A model generated the notes under the pieces. That model saw only the letters and a list, made by a program, of their open reading frames with translations, did not search any database and was not told the DNA's origin. A program made the translations under genes and the position numbers. Positions 28,135 to 39,484 of a stretch of 64,000 nucleotides of DNA are shown in pieces (positions within the stretch are counted from its first letter, which is position 1; each line of letters begins with the position of its first letter). The stretch spans positions 22,940,001 through 23,004,000 of the forward strand of contig NC_090356.1 in assembly GCF_035084215.1 (NCBI RefSeq), written 5' to 3'. The DNA is from Heptranchias perlo (taxonomy: Eukaryota).

Positions 28135-28781
28135 CACAGCCCGAGGCGGAGTGGCGTTCCTGGGATCAAATCCCAAGCTCCAACTCAGACTCCAACTTTA
28201 ACCACGAGGGGCGGTCTGAAACTTTCACGGAGGGTTTTTTTTGGCTGGGGGGGAGGGATATTTTTCTCACTTTGCTTTAGGGTTACTTAGCGTGACGCAG
28301 GATTGTCACATATACAGTTAACTGCCTCAAGTTTCCACAATAACTAAACTTTACTAAAAATTGAGACTGAGACATACTTACAGTGCATTTGCAAATTGAA
28401 GCACTGAAAAATACATTATCCACAATAACCAAATAAATTATTGAACTGAATCTTTTAATATATAATAAAGTACAATATACAATACATTTTAAAATCTTGA
28501 TTTAGTAATTCTATTCTTAAAGTGTTCAGAAGGAAATCTTATGGTTAAAACAATTGATTGTAAAACTAAATTAAACTGGGGAAATGTTACATTTTTTGTG
28601 TGATGAAAGTTTAGATTTGAAAGGGTTTATGAACGGTTATTTTTATCTACGTATTTTGTGAATTGAATTGGTGACATTGTATTGTGTAGAATGAACTTAA
28701 AAGAATTCCTGATACTCCCGGAGAGGACTGAATGGTGCATTGTTATTTATTTCCCACTCTGTGCCTTTTCCCATCTTTCAG

Positions 28782-28946
28782 CCCACATCCAGGCATCCCG
28801 GGCCCTAATGATTGTTTCCGTTGTCCTTGGATTTATTGGCATCATTGTGAGTGTGGTGGGAATGAAATGCACAAAAGTAGGAGACAATAACCCACTCACC
28901 AAAAGCAGGATTGCGATCTCAGGAGGGGTCCTTTTCCTCATGGCTG
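28782..28946 (+). CDS. CLDN19: Claudin-19 coding exon 2 (TM2-TM3), 165 nt
   Basis: Acceptor ctttcAG ends 28781; (P)[54 protein letters not shown]; donor GTCAGT at 28947; frame joins exon 1. Confidence 0.96.
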
Positions 28947-30228
28947 GTCAGTTTCAAGATTATTTCTTTTATATACCAAGTTATTAAAAGAGGCACTTTC
29001 CAAAAATAGGGATCGTGTCAGATAATTTTGTAGCAGAAGCATTGAATAAGTTGGCTTGGACAAATGAAGCTATAATCATACTTTGACATTTTCTATCATT
29101 GTTATGATGCCCTGGATATGTTTCGAAGCTTATGAAGATTGCCAGACTTAATAACTTTAGCTACATAATTGTGAATTGCTAAAGTCTGGTTATATAGTGA
29201 TTGCATCAATTATTTGTTTACTTTCAATTGATGGGACTGTGCTCAGTGTGCCTCTCTTGTTCATTAAAAGCACCAAATAGCCTCACCTGCACTCTCTTTC
29301 TCTTCCCGGAATCACCACTGTGTTTAAAATAAAAACTCATCCCATTGTCCCCTACTCCAGCTTGTTCTCTTCAAGCACTTCAAAACTGTGGAACTCCTGA
29401 CCTCTCTCAATCTTTCATCCCTCCTACAATCTGCAGGCTTTTAAAACCCAAGCTCAGAGTCATCTAAAAATGACTTGATTCACCTCAATGTCTTCCCTAC
29501 TCTTTTCGTCTTTGGTGATGTCCTGCACTGTGGGGTTTGGCCCTTCACCTGGGTTAACAGATATTACTGAGAGAGCACAGCGAGCCAGTGAGCTAATAAT
29601 GTTACCGTAGAACAGATAAATTATCTTCCCATATCCTGTTGGTCTTCTACCAAAGTATTCTGTGTTTCTATGTAGCTTTAATATTTTCCCAAATGTTCTC
29701 CCCATCTCTCCTGAAGGCAAAGGTTCACACTAGGGGCTAATTCCCTTGGGTAGTGTCCCCTCCAGTAACCCCCCCTCCATGTGACCATTCTCCATGAATA
29801 AGCCTAGACTATCAGTATTAGCAGACTGTTCAACCACAGGGAGCTTGATCTTACCTGAGGTCCATATATGTGGAGTTTCCAGCAGGAGTCACTGTATAGA
29901 GGTCAGGAAAGTCTGACTGGATCTCCCCCCCACCCCTTCCTAACCCATGGACAAAAAGGCCAATTCTAGTGTCCCAACCAATGCAGCTGGGATTGTCTAG
30001 CTCAGCACATATTGAACCTGGGATCTCTGTGGTCTGTGCGGTTCATCTGAGCCATCGAGGTGTGTCTAGTTAGGAAGATAAATAAGAGTGCCATAAGTCA
30101 GATAGCAGGTCTGGCACTTTTTAATCCTGCAAAGGCTGCAGTTTGCTAATTTATCACATGTTTGCTGTTGACTCGATTCCACACTGAAGACTGACCACTG
30201 ACTCCTGCCTGTTGTCTGTTCTCCACAG

Positions 30229-30313
30229 GACTCTGCACCCTGGTGGCGGTATCTTGGTACGCAACGAAAGTTTCAAATGAGTTCTTTGACCCTTTAACAC
30301 CGGTCAATGCCAG
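30229..30313 (+). CDS. CLDN19: Claudin-19 coding exon 3 (ECL2), 85 nt
   Basis: Acceptor ctccacAG ends 30228; (G)[27 protein letters not shown](R); donor GTACAG at 30314, phase 2. Confidence 0.96.
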
Positions 30314-30678
30314 GTACAGAGCACTGAGAAGGGACTGGGTCAGCGATGGCGCAGATCGGACAATCTCTGACATTTCAGTTTTCATTTTTGACGCTGGAGT
30401 GGATTTCATCCGACCACAGAAACAGGAGTAGAAAATGAATAATATAAGTTCGAGATAAGTTGGCACAAGTCTTAGGGACAGAACATTTTCTCTCCTCCCC
30501 TCCTAAAGGCTCTGACTCATGTTGGTCTTCTACCTCTAGCACCTCATCCAAATGGGCATCCTTTATGTGTGAGCCTAGACAGTGAGTATCAGCTGGCTAT
30601 TTTACACTGGAGGGCATCGCGACTAAGTCCAATGCTGTCTGCATCCAAATATGAGCACTTTCCAGCAGGCGTAACTGT

Positions 30679-30942
30679 TAGGGTTGCCAACTCTGATTGG
30701 ACGTATTCCTGGAGGTTTCATCACATGACCTGGCTCCTCCATCCGTCCCGCCCAGTCAAACAGCCTTTTTCCCATCTCCAATATTGTAACTAACAAATGA
30801 AATTGTTCAAAGAAAATGAAATAAAAACCCATGCAATTTTTTTTTCAATGAAATTTCTCCTGGGTTGCTTACAGCAGCGTCCAGGAGATTTATCTTTAAT
30901 TCCAGGAGACTCCAGGACAATCCTGGAGGGTCGGCAACCCTA
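30679..30942 (-). mobile_element. hAT (Blackjack-like) MITE, internally deleted, CLDN19 intron 3
   Basis: TAGGGTTGCC TIRs; 8-bp TSD gtaactgt/gtaactgg. Confidence 0.85.
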
Positions 30943-31427
30943 GTAACTGGATTGAGTTGGTTAATCTCAACCGAGGCAGCAGTTTAGGCCCTTCTGGGTT
31001 GGGACAGGATGAATCGGCCAGAATTCCTGCTTCTGTTACCGATCCCTGCTGGAACGTGCTTGTGTGTGAATATCAGCTGAGAACTGGTCCAGGGTGCGAC
31101 ACCCTCCACTGTCAAAACCCAGCATTCACTATCTGGGCTCAGGGATGAAGGATGGTGTAAGAATATGGTTTAAAACAAGCATAGAAAATAGGAGGGCAAA
31201 AGTTCAGCATCTCTGTGAGAACAAGGACAGCTCACACAGCAGATCATCAGGGAGACCACAGGATAGATAACATTAACATCAGAAAGTGGTTTACCCCAAA
31301 ACAGTTGACGTGGTTGCTATGAAACTGACATTGGTGGGTTAGTGCAAGGCCAGATATTGGGGGGCAGTACTCAGATAAGAAGGATGCATTCCTCAGAGGA
31401 ACATAGCAGCTTGTAAACAGAGATGGA

Positions 31428-31655
31428 TGTGGAGATGCCGGTGATGGACTGGGGTTGACAATTGTAAACAATTTTACAACACCAAGTTATAGTCCAGCAA
31501 TTTTATTTTAAATTCACAAGCTTTCGGAGGCTTCCTCCTTCCTCAGGTGAACGATTTTCGACATCGTTCACCTGAGGAAGGAGGAAGCCTCCGAAAGCTT
31601 GTGAATTTAAAATAAAATTTCTGGACTATAACTTGGTGTTGTAAAATTGTTTACA
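31428..31655. mobile_element. Penelope-like palindromic insertion in the 5' LTR
   Basis: Absent from the 3' LTR; flanked by duplicated (aca)gagatgga; 93-bp inverted arms 31463-31555 and 31563-31655 with 1 mismatch and a 7-nt loop. Confidence 0.85.
31567..31605 (+). ncRNA. Minimal type I hammerhead ribozyme motif (mirror copy on - strand 31513-31551)
   Basis: Stem I UUCAC/GUGAA, core CUGAGGA, stem II GGAGG-AAG-CCUCC, GAAA, palindromic AGCU in place of stem III, UU cleavage site. Confidence 0.8.
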
Positions 31656-32089
31656 GAGATGGAGGTTGAGGTTATTAGCTACGTTATGTAAAACTGCTTA
31701 TCTTGAGTTGCTAACATGGTGTCAGCACGGTGGGAGGACTTACGACCATGAGATAAGACCAGCGGTGCTTACATACAGAACAACGAAGCTGAGTGGTATA
31801 CAGGTAAGGTGCGCTCCCTCCCAAAAGTTAGACCTCTCAAGACGGGATGGTCAGAAAGCCATCAGGTTGTATTGATTGCTTGTCATTTAATGTAATGTGT
31901 AGACAGTTGAATTATAACTATAATACTGTTGAATGTAATGTTGAAGACAGCTGTAGTGCAACTCTGTTGTAAGTCAATTTATTAAACTTGCTATTTTATA
32001 ATCACTCGGGCTAAAATCAAGCAGAAGTTATTGTTGATGGATTAACAACCCATAGTTGCGACAGTAACGGGAGAAATCCACTCGTATAA

Positions 32090-32107
32090 TGACATCCCTG
32101 AATGGGC
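32090..32107 (+). other. Primer-binding site, tRNA-Asn-like
   Basis: TGACATCCCTGAATGGGC versus TGGCGTCCCTGGGTGGGC (complement of tRNA-Asn 3' end): 14/18, all mismatches G>A; 3 nt after the 5' LTR. Confidence 0.65.
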
Positions 32108-34124
32108 GCCAGTTTTAAAGGTTTAAAAATAACCAGTGTTGGGAGACAGATAGAGACAGACAGAGAAACAGACAGAGAATTAGACAGAGAGATCAGAGAC
32201 ACAGAGACAGAGAGAGAGAAAAATAACCATGGTGAGTGCACCAGAAGGTTTATGTTCTAAGCAAAAGAAAAGAGGGAAAGAAATTGTGCAGGAGGACGAG
32301 GAGTTAAAATGATTCCTTTCACAGCAGACAGAGGCTGTAAAGGAATTATGTAAAAATCAGTAGAATGTTACTAGCTGCAGAGTGTGTGCTTTGTTTTAAA
32401 AGCCCGTGTAAGTGCTTTCTTTTCGCAATGTTTGCTTTGTGTTCTCTTTTGCGTAATGTTACAAAGATTTTGTTTAGTTGTGAAGGCTAAAGTGTCCTTC
32501 GATTAAAAGTGGAAGAAATGTAAACTTAATCTCCTGTCTCTATGCCAACAATCTGGAAAAGTTGGACGAACTAAAAATAAGATGAATGAACTGAAATATT
32601 ATCTTCCCTGACACGAAAGGTTTTTAAAAAATTTATGTGAATGCTGTGTTGTCGCACACTGCGTGAGTTGTTTATATTTCTGTTAAGCTGTTAACTTTTT
32701 CCAAGGACACTGACATCTGTTTTTAATTCATCAAGCAACAACCTTTGCATCTATTTGAAATAAGTTTCTTAATGTAAGTGGATATTTCCCCATGTGATAG
32801 AAGGAAATATTGGGCATAATTTTGTGCTCCCTTTGTTGACTATTCCCCCTGGAGTGAGGTAATTAGATTCATTCACAGAAACGTGCATGGAGTCCTCTCT
32901 TGGCTGAAGGGTGACAGAAGAAAATTAATGAATGGTTTATTGTTTTTAACCCCTTGGGCTCTCAAAGAGAGCCACAATGAATTTTCTGTGTTTCTTTTAA
33001 AACAGGGGACCATGGTTTTCGGGACTGCAAAAGTGTTGGTGCAGGAATCGATCCAGTGGTGTTAAGAAATTAAGACCTTATCTGCAGACATTGGCGGATA
33101 TCAAATGTCACAGCACAGTGACGTTTTGGACTAAGACTTAAAACTTAGATTTCAATAATTCAAAATTACATAGAGATGGAAAAGCAATCATCAGCCTTGA
33201 TCCAAGTTGCTTTTCCTCTTTTGAAAACATTTTGATTTGTTTTGCTTTAACCCATTTTATTTTCCAAGACAGAGTGCTTATGAGGCGGGGGTGGGGGTGC
33301 AGATTACTATCCAAGAGTAATTACAAGCACTTTTGTCTCTACTGTAAAACCACAAAGCCTGGATATGATTTGTTTCTGAAATTGGAACTGATAACATAAA
33401 TTGATCTGAGTTGCTATTCAAGCACTCAAATTGGGAAAATTTACCTGTAGTTTAAGGGGATAATCAAATTATATTTTAAAATAAAAGAAGTCCAGTCTAA
33501 ATGGTTCCTATCCAATGCTGTGTATCAAGGTATTTTGTGGGGGGCAAAATAAAATTGTACATTGACAAGTCCTGTCAGTCCAACAATAATGCTCTTGAAT
33601 TGGGATAATGAAAAGGAGAATTTAAATAAAATAAACAAAAAATGTATTGGCATATTGGAACAAACTGTAAATATTGTATTGGACAGTAGAGATCCTTCAG
33701 AGCTCATGAATGAGATGAAATGGTAATATAATGGGATGTGTAAAATTGGATGAGAGGAAGTGAATGAGGATCGAAGATAGAAACAGAGAAATTACAGCAC
33801 CAAATGGGACTTTCTGGGTTATGTTGAGTAAATAAATCACCTGGGCATGATTTACCAAAAGATATCAATCTAATATAAATGTACAATCTGGTGAAAGTCA
33901 GGAAAGTGTAGTTAAGAATAGTAAATTGATAGCTTTCTGGTGGAGATATTTGTGTCCTTGCCTATACTGAACAGTGAGAAAACTGCATTCGGTAGCCTGG
34001 CCCCTACCTGAGGAATCAGGACCATGCAGGGGAAGATAAGCAAAGACCTCCAAACACCTCCCGATCTGTTGATAAGGTAACCTGAAAGCCCATGAATGGC
34101 TACAGTGGACATTAAAGAGACTAA

Positions 34125-34322
34125 TGTATGTTGTCATCAATTGGAAACGGAGACCAGGATGAAGAACTAGATTACAAAGGTGAACTATTGGAACCACTTT
34201 TTAAACAGAGCAGTTGTTCTTACAGGATTGAATCTTACTGGACATATGGTGTGTGCCATGGAAAACACATTCGGAAATATCATGAGGAAAAAGAAACTGG
34301 CCAGCAAAAAGTTAATATCCTG
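34125..34322 (+). pseudogene. ERLEC1: Processed ERLEC1 (erlectin/XTP3-B) fragment inside the LTR element
   Basis: [65 protein letters not shown] versus recalled human [68 protein letters not shown]; stop right after. Confidence 0.9.
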
Positions 34323-35098
34323 TGATATGTTGCGTGTGAGGTGACCAGAATGCGGAAATGCGTGATGAAGATGCACTGAAGAATGGGTCTCAGATATGCT
34401 CAGTCACTGAACAACAGCACGACATGAAATGGTTAATGTGGCTCAGGAGAGTGAGAAAACCTTTTTTAACAAGGCACTGACACAGGCTCCATAGAGAAAC
34501 CGACTAATTAATGAAACAATCAGGAAACACTGGTACCAATCAGAGGGACTGAAATTAAAGTAAAGAGGGACATAGTAATTTAGATTTCCAAAATTCAGTG
34601 TTAGTTTCTTTTCACTTAACAATGAAATTGGGCTATGGAGAAATAATACTTAGCAAAAATATCCACAAGATGGATATTAGTAAAAGGAGAGCTGGAGAAT
34701 CTTTTAAGTCCATGATTTCTTGATTATATGATACACTGTAGGTTTCTGTATTAACCAAATGAAACTTAGAAGCAATATGTATATGTTTATTTGTGCTTAC
34801 GTAAACTCGAGATGCTCTTAGGCAAGACCAAGGAGATAATTGAGGAATAAAGTGAAAATTGAACTTGGGTGGAACCAGGAGCCATATCCCATCTCGCATA
34901 GCTCGCATAAAGCTCCCAAACATTTAGCAAGAGGGCGGTGTTAATAGAAGGGGACGAAGTCGTGTCTCGGTGTGTGTATGAACGACAGTTTGTAAGAGAC
35001 AGAGCATGCTGACACTTTAGAACTATAAACATCCAAAGATCAAGAGATGGCCCGTTTCTAGATGCTATAATTGAACCAGAGTAATACCATTCAGGTTC

Positions 35099-35110
35099 AA
35101 GAGGAGGGGA
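35099..35110 (+). other. Polypurine tract of the LTR element
   Basis: AAGAGGAGGGGA immediately before the 3' LTR TG. Confidence 0.85.
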
Positions 35111-35809
35111 TGTAAGAATATGGTTTAAAACAAGCATAAAAAATAGGAGGGCATAAGTTCCGCATCTCTGAGAGAACAAGGACAGCTCACACAGCCAAAC
35201 ATCAGGGAGACCACAGAATAGATAACATTAACATCAGAAAGTGGATTACCCCAAAACAGGAGATGTGGTTGCTATGAAACTGACATTGGTGGGGCCGTGC
35301 AAGGCCGAATAAGGGGGGGGGGGGGCTGTACTCAGATAAGAAGGATGCTTCCTCTGAGGAACATAACAGCTTGTAAACAGAGATGGAGGTAGAAGTCATT
35401 AGCTTCGTTATGTAAAACAGCTTATTTTGAATTGCTAACATGGCGTCAGCACAATGGGAGGACTTATGACCATGAGATAAGACCATCGGTGTTTACATAC
35501 GGAATAACGCAGCCGAATAATATAAAGGCAGGGCGAGCTCCCTCCCAAAAGTTAGAGCTCTCAAGAGGGGACAGTTGGAAGTCCATCAGGTTGTATTGAT
35601 TGCTGTTATTTAATGCAATCTGTAGACAGTTGTATTATAACTATAATACTGTTGAATGTAATGTTGAAGACAGCTGTAGTGCAATTCTGTTGTAAGTCAA
35701 TTTATTAAACTTGCTATTTTATAACCACTCTGGTTAGAATCAAACGGAAGTTATTGTTGATGGATTAACAACCCATAGTTGCGACAGTAACGGGAGAAAT
35801 CCACTAACA
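35111..35809 (+). repeat. 3' LTR, 699 bp
   Basis: TG...CA ends, imperfect terminal inverted repeat tgtaag/ctaaca, TATAAA at 35521, ATTAAA at 35704. Confidence 0.92.
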
Positions 35810-36139
35810 AATGGTCTCTTGGGTGAGGTGCTAGAGGGGAACCATAACCCAGTGTGAGTCAGTACTTTAAGGGCAGGGAGAGAGAAAGGGGGAGGGGAAA
35901 TACTAGATGAAAAAAAATACTGTAAGTTTAAAAATTTGTCTTAAGAAAATAATGTTTTGAGGAGGGCCTAGCTACCTCATCACTAATGTATTGATTTTTA
36001 TTTTAGCATACAATTTATTTAAACCTATGCTTTTTTTCCAGTACAGCAACATTTTACTTAGGTCTAAATGTTTGCTTTGTTACAAGGATGGAATAGTCCA
36101 CACGGTGAACTTTGACCTCTTGTCCTTTGCCCTTTGCAG

Positions 36140-36296
36140 GTATGAGTTTGGTTCGGCCCTGTTTGTGGGATGGGCAGCTGCAAGCCTCACCATTCTGGGA
36201 GGATCTTTCCTCTGCTGCTCCTGTCCAAATGAAGAAAGGAGGGGCCAGTCATACTACAGATCCTCTCAACCATCCGCTGTCAAAGAGTACGTCTGA
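36140..36296 (+). CDS. CLDN19: Claudin-19 coding exon 4 (TM4 and tail); short isoform stops at 36296 (209 aa, ends KEYV); internal donor after 36286 for the long isoform
   Basis: Acceptor ctttgcAG ends 36139; [51 protein letters not shown]; 223+165+85+157=630 nt; C-terminal YV PDZ motif. Confidence 0.96.
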
Positions 36297-36344
36297 AACA
36301 CAACTCACACAAAATTAGTTCACACGCAGGCCGCATCTTAAAAC

Positions 36345-36709
36345 TAGGGTTGCCAACCCTCCCGGATTTGTTCCGGCATCTCCAGGAATTAAAGACTAAT
36401 CTCCAGGACATTGCTGCCAGCAACTCGGGAGAAAAATCATAGGGGCGTTTAAAAAATTGTGTGATTTTTTTTCATTTTCATTGAACACTTCCATTTATTA
36501 GTTATAAAAATATTGGCGATGACTGACAGTCAAGAATCATGCAATTGGGTAATGAAGAGCCTACTCTCCAATTAGCCTGGGAAGGCGGGGGCCACGAGGA
36601 TGGACATTTCGGGTGACCAATGGCGGGAGTGTGGGGGCGGGGCAGTTGGAGGTGGGCGGTCATGTGATGAAACGTCCAGGAATACATCCAACCAGAGTTA
36701 GCAACCTTA
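36345..36709 (+). mobile_element. hAT (Blackjack-like) MITE 48 nt after the CLDN19 short-isoform stop
   Basis: TAGGGTTGCC TIRs; perfect 8-bp TSD cttaaaac at 36337 and 36710. Confidence 0.9.
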
Positions 36710-37194
36710 CTTAAAACTGACAATACTTTCACCACATGAAGGAAGTGTCTGGATAATTTTAAAATATTTCTATTCACATTGTTATACTTTGTAAATTTTC
36801 ATGAAAAAAACCCCACCAAAATGAAATGTGCAACTGATGCATATCAGGTCCCCAATGCATTTCATTCTTTCTTTTAACTGATTTTCTCAATTTTCTCCTG
36901 TAGGTGATGCCTCGTCCTCGGGTACATTTTTAAGGGTGCTAGGCATGCCTTGGCAACTCACCCAGGTGGCCATATGGGCTTGGACAATGGTTGTTAGCAG
37001 GTTATTCAACCATGTGGGGCATCCAACACCGATCCTGTCCTTGCCCAATGTCGACGCACCTGTACTTTGCAGCTGGGCTCTCTGGATAGCGATTAGGAGG
37101 GGGAGCCCTGCTGGACTCTTCTACTTTCTAGACCCAGGGCTGTTGAGTTCACCAAATGTTCAAAAATTACCCCCTATGGGCACTTGTGCTTTCT

Positions 37195-37556
37195 GCACTT
37201 ACAGTGTTATTGGACTGGTAATCCAGAGATCGTGAGTTCAAATCCCACCATGGCAGTTTGAGAAATTGAATTCAGTTTTAAAAAAATCTGGAAATAAAAA
37301 ACTGGTATCATTAAAAGTGACCATGAAGCTGTCGGATTGTTATAAAAACCCAACTGGTTTCACTAATGTCCTTTAGGGATTGAAACTTGCTGTCCTTACC
37401 CGGTCTGGCCTATATGTGATTCCAGTCCCACACCAATGTGGTTGACTCTTAACTGTCCTCTGAAGTGGCCTAACAAGCCACTCAGTTATTAGGGATAGTC
37501 AATAAATGCTGGCTTTGCCAGTGATGACCATCTCCCAAGGATTAATATATTTTTTT
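37195..37556 (+). mobile_element. Second tRNA-derived SINE family sharing its 3' tail with the LINE at 43858-45157
   Basis: B box gagttcaaatccc; tail agggatagtcaataaatgctggctttgcc; related copies at 1080-1730 (+), 3640-3960 (-), 55015-55212 (+). Confidence 0.65.
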
Positions 37557-39484
37557 AAAATGGCACTGGTTGGCAAAATATATAAATAAAAATCAGAAAG
37601 TGTTGGGAGTACACAACAGGTCCATCACCATTGGTACAGAGAGATACAGTGATCATCAAGCAAATGTAGCTCTGATCTAGGCCCAACTGTTGGTCCTAGT
37701 ATAGAATTCTAGAGTAACAAACCACATCCCATTCATAGAATCATAAAATGTTACAGGATAGAAACAGGCCATTTGGCCCATCAAGCCTGTACTAGTGTTT
37801 TTCTTCACATGAACTATCTAGTCTAATCCCACTCTCCTGCTCACTCCCCATTGGTGCATAAACTTAGCTTGTGTTCCTTTCAGTTTAGAAGGTTGAGGGG
37901 TGATCTAATTGCGATGTTTAAAATGATAAAAGAATTTGATCGGGTAAATACAGAAAGCTATTTCCTCTGCCGGGGGAAAGGGGCACAATCTTAAAATTAG
38001 AGCCAGGCCATTCAGGAGTGAAATTAGGAAGTACTTTTACACACAAAAAGTAGTGGAAATATGGAGCTCTCTTCCCCCAGAAGGCTGTGAGTGCTCGGTC
38101 AATTGACATTTTTCAAACTGAGATCCACAGATATTTTATAGGTGAGGGTAGCAAGAAATAAAGATCAACGGTGGGTAAATGGAGTTGAGGTACAGATCAG
38201 CCCTGATATAATTGAATGGTCGAACAGGCTTGAGGGGCTGAATGGCCTACTCTTTTTCCTATGTTCATATCCTTTAATATTTCTCTTTTTAAAGCAACTA
38301 TCTGACTCCCTTTAAAATATTTAAAGACTGCTTCTAGCCACCCTCTGCATAAAGATTTTTATTAACCTCCCTTAAATTTTTTTGTGTCCTCTCGTTACCC
38401 ATCTCACCAACTACTGCAATCAATCTAGCTCTATTTACCTTATCATAACCCTTCACAAACCCGACGGCCTCCATCAGATCACCCCTTAATGCCATTCACC
38501 ACCCACTGAACAGAATTCCCATCCAAACACATGGTGCTGCACAAATGCTGCGTTTTTAAAGGGACGCTGTTTTCATGTCTGACAAGCTTTTTCTTCATGA
38601 GAGTGAGAGGAGCCACACTCCATCTTCATCATGGTGACCACTCGCAAGTGATGCGATGATGTACTTTGGTGCTGTTTAAGCTTTCCAGTCACTTCTCAAG
38701 AGGGTGTTGTCCTCCTTAGCAATGAGCTCATTGCGTTTGGCAAATCCAATTATCAAATTTCATCTCCGGGCACAGTGCATTTTAAAAATGAAATCACTTT
38801 TATCTAAAGCACAGGTTTCAGTTCTATGCTTTATTCTGGTTTTCTTGAGTTTGCGTTGGTTGAGTTGTGACATCGACATCTGCCGATTGGTGATGTTTCC
38901 CATTTGGTTTCAGGAATCTTAATTGGAAAATGTTTCTGGGCAAACCAGTATTGGGTTCAAAAGCGTGTTTTTTTGGTGAATTTTGTGCTCATCAAGGTGA
39001 GGGATGTTAATCCTGGGGAATGATGTACTTCCCCATTTCAGGCTCACAGTGTCAGAATCAATCATCACTTTACACCCCATGGTAAAGCCCTCTCTTTGCC
39101 AACAATGCACCTCAACCCCAATGTCAGAAAAACACCCCACATTCCAGGATGTCCATGCTTTTTTGCTTTGTTGGCCACATAGATATGTACCATGGAGTCT
39201 CAGGACTACACATTAAGTTTAAAGCTATGTTCCCATCAATTCAGGTTGCTGATACTAACAGATTTTGGTGTTCTGATCTGGGATTTATCTACCATTGAGG
39301 CAAAAACACTAAGAACAGCCCTTTCCAAACATTTGGGCCCCTGAGTAAGAAATATAAATACAAATAGAGCTGAGTTGCTTTGTCTTGGAGTTGCTGGATG
39401 TCCAGGACTCAGGGGCTGAGTGTTGTTGGACATCCCTGTTCAATTGCACCACTCCCCGCCAGCTATCCTGTGGCCGCTCTAAAT

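Larger units (their letters stand above)
31156..32086 (+). repeat. 5' LTR (contains Penelope-type insertion)
   Basis: About 12 differences from the 3' LTR in the first ~180 nt; ATTAAA at 31981. Confidence 0.9.
31156..35809 (+). mobile_element. Non-autonomous LTR retroelement / endogenous retrovirus in CLDN19 intron 3
   Basis: Two ~700-bp direct repeats starting TGTAAGAATATGG; 3' copy ends CTAACA; PBS after 5' LTR; polypurine tract before 3' LTR; flanks GATGG/AATGG (5-bp TSD, 1 mismatch); no long gag/pol ORF. Confidence 0.92.

Noticed and set aside
34128-34325. Functional ERLEC1 gene or exon
   Set aside because: Isolated fragment inside an LTR element with a deletion and immediate stop; no other ERLEC1 exons in the window
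32108-35098. gag/pol/env genes in the LTR element interior
   Set aside because: Only short ORFs with no recognisable retroviral motifs; a translated HMM search would be needed to detect remnants
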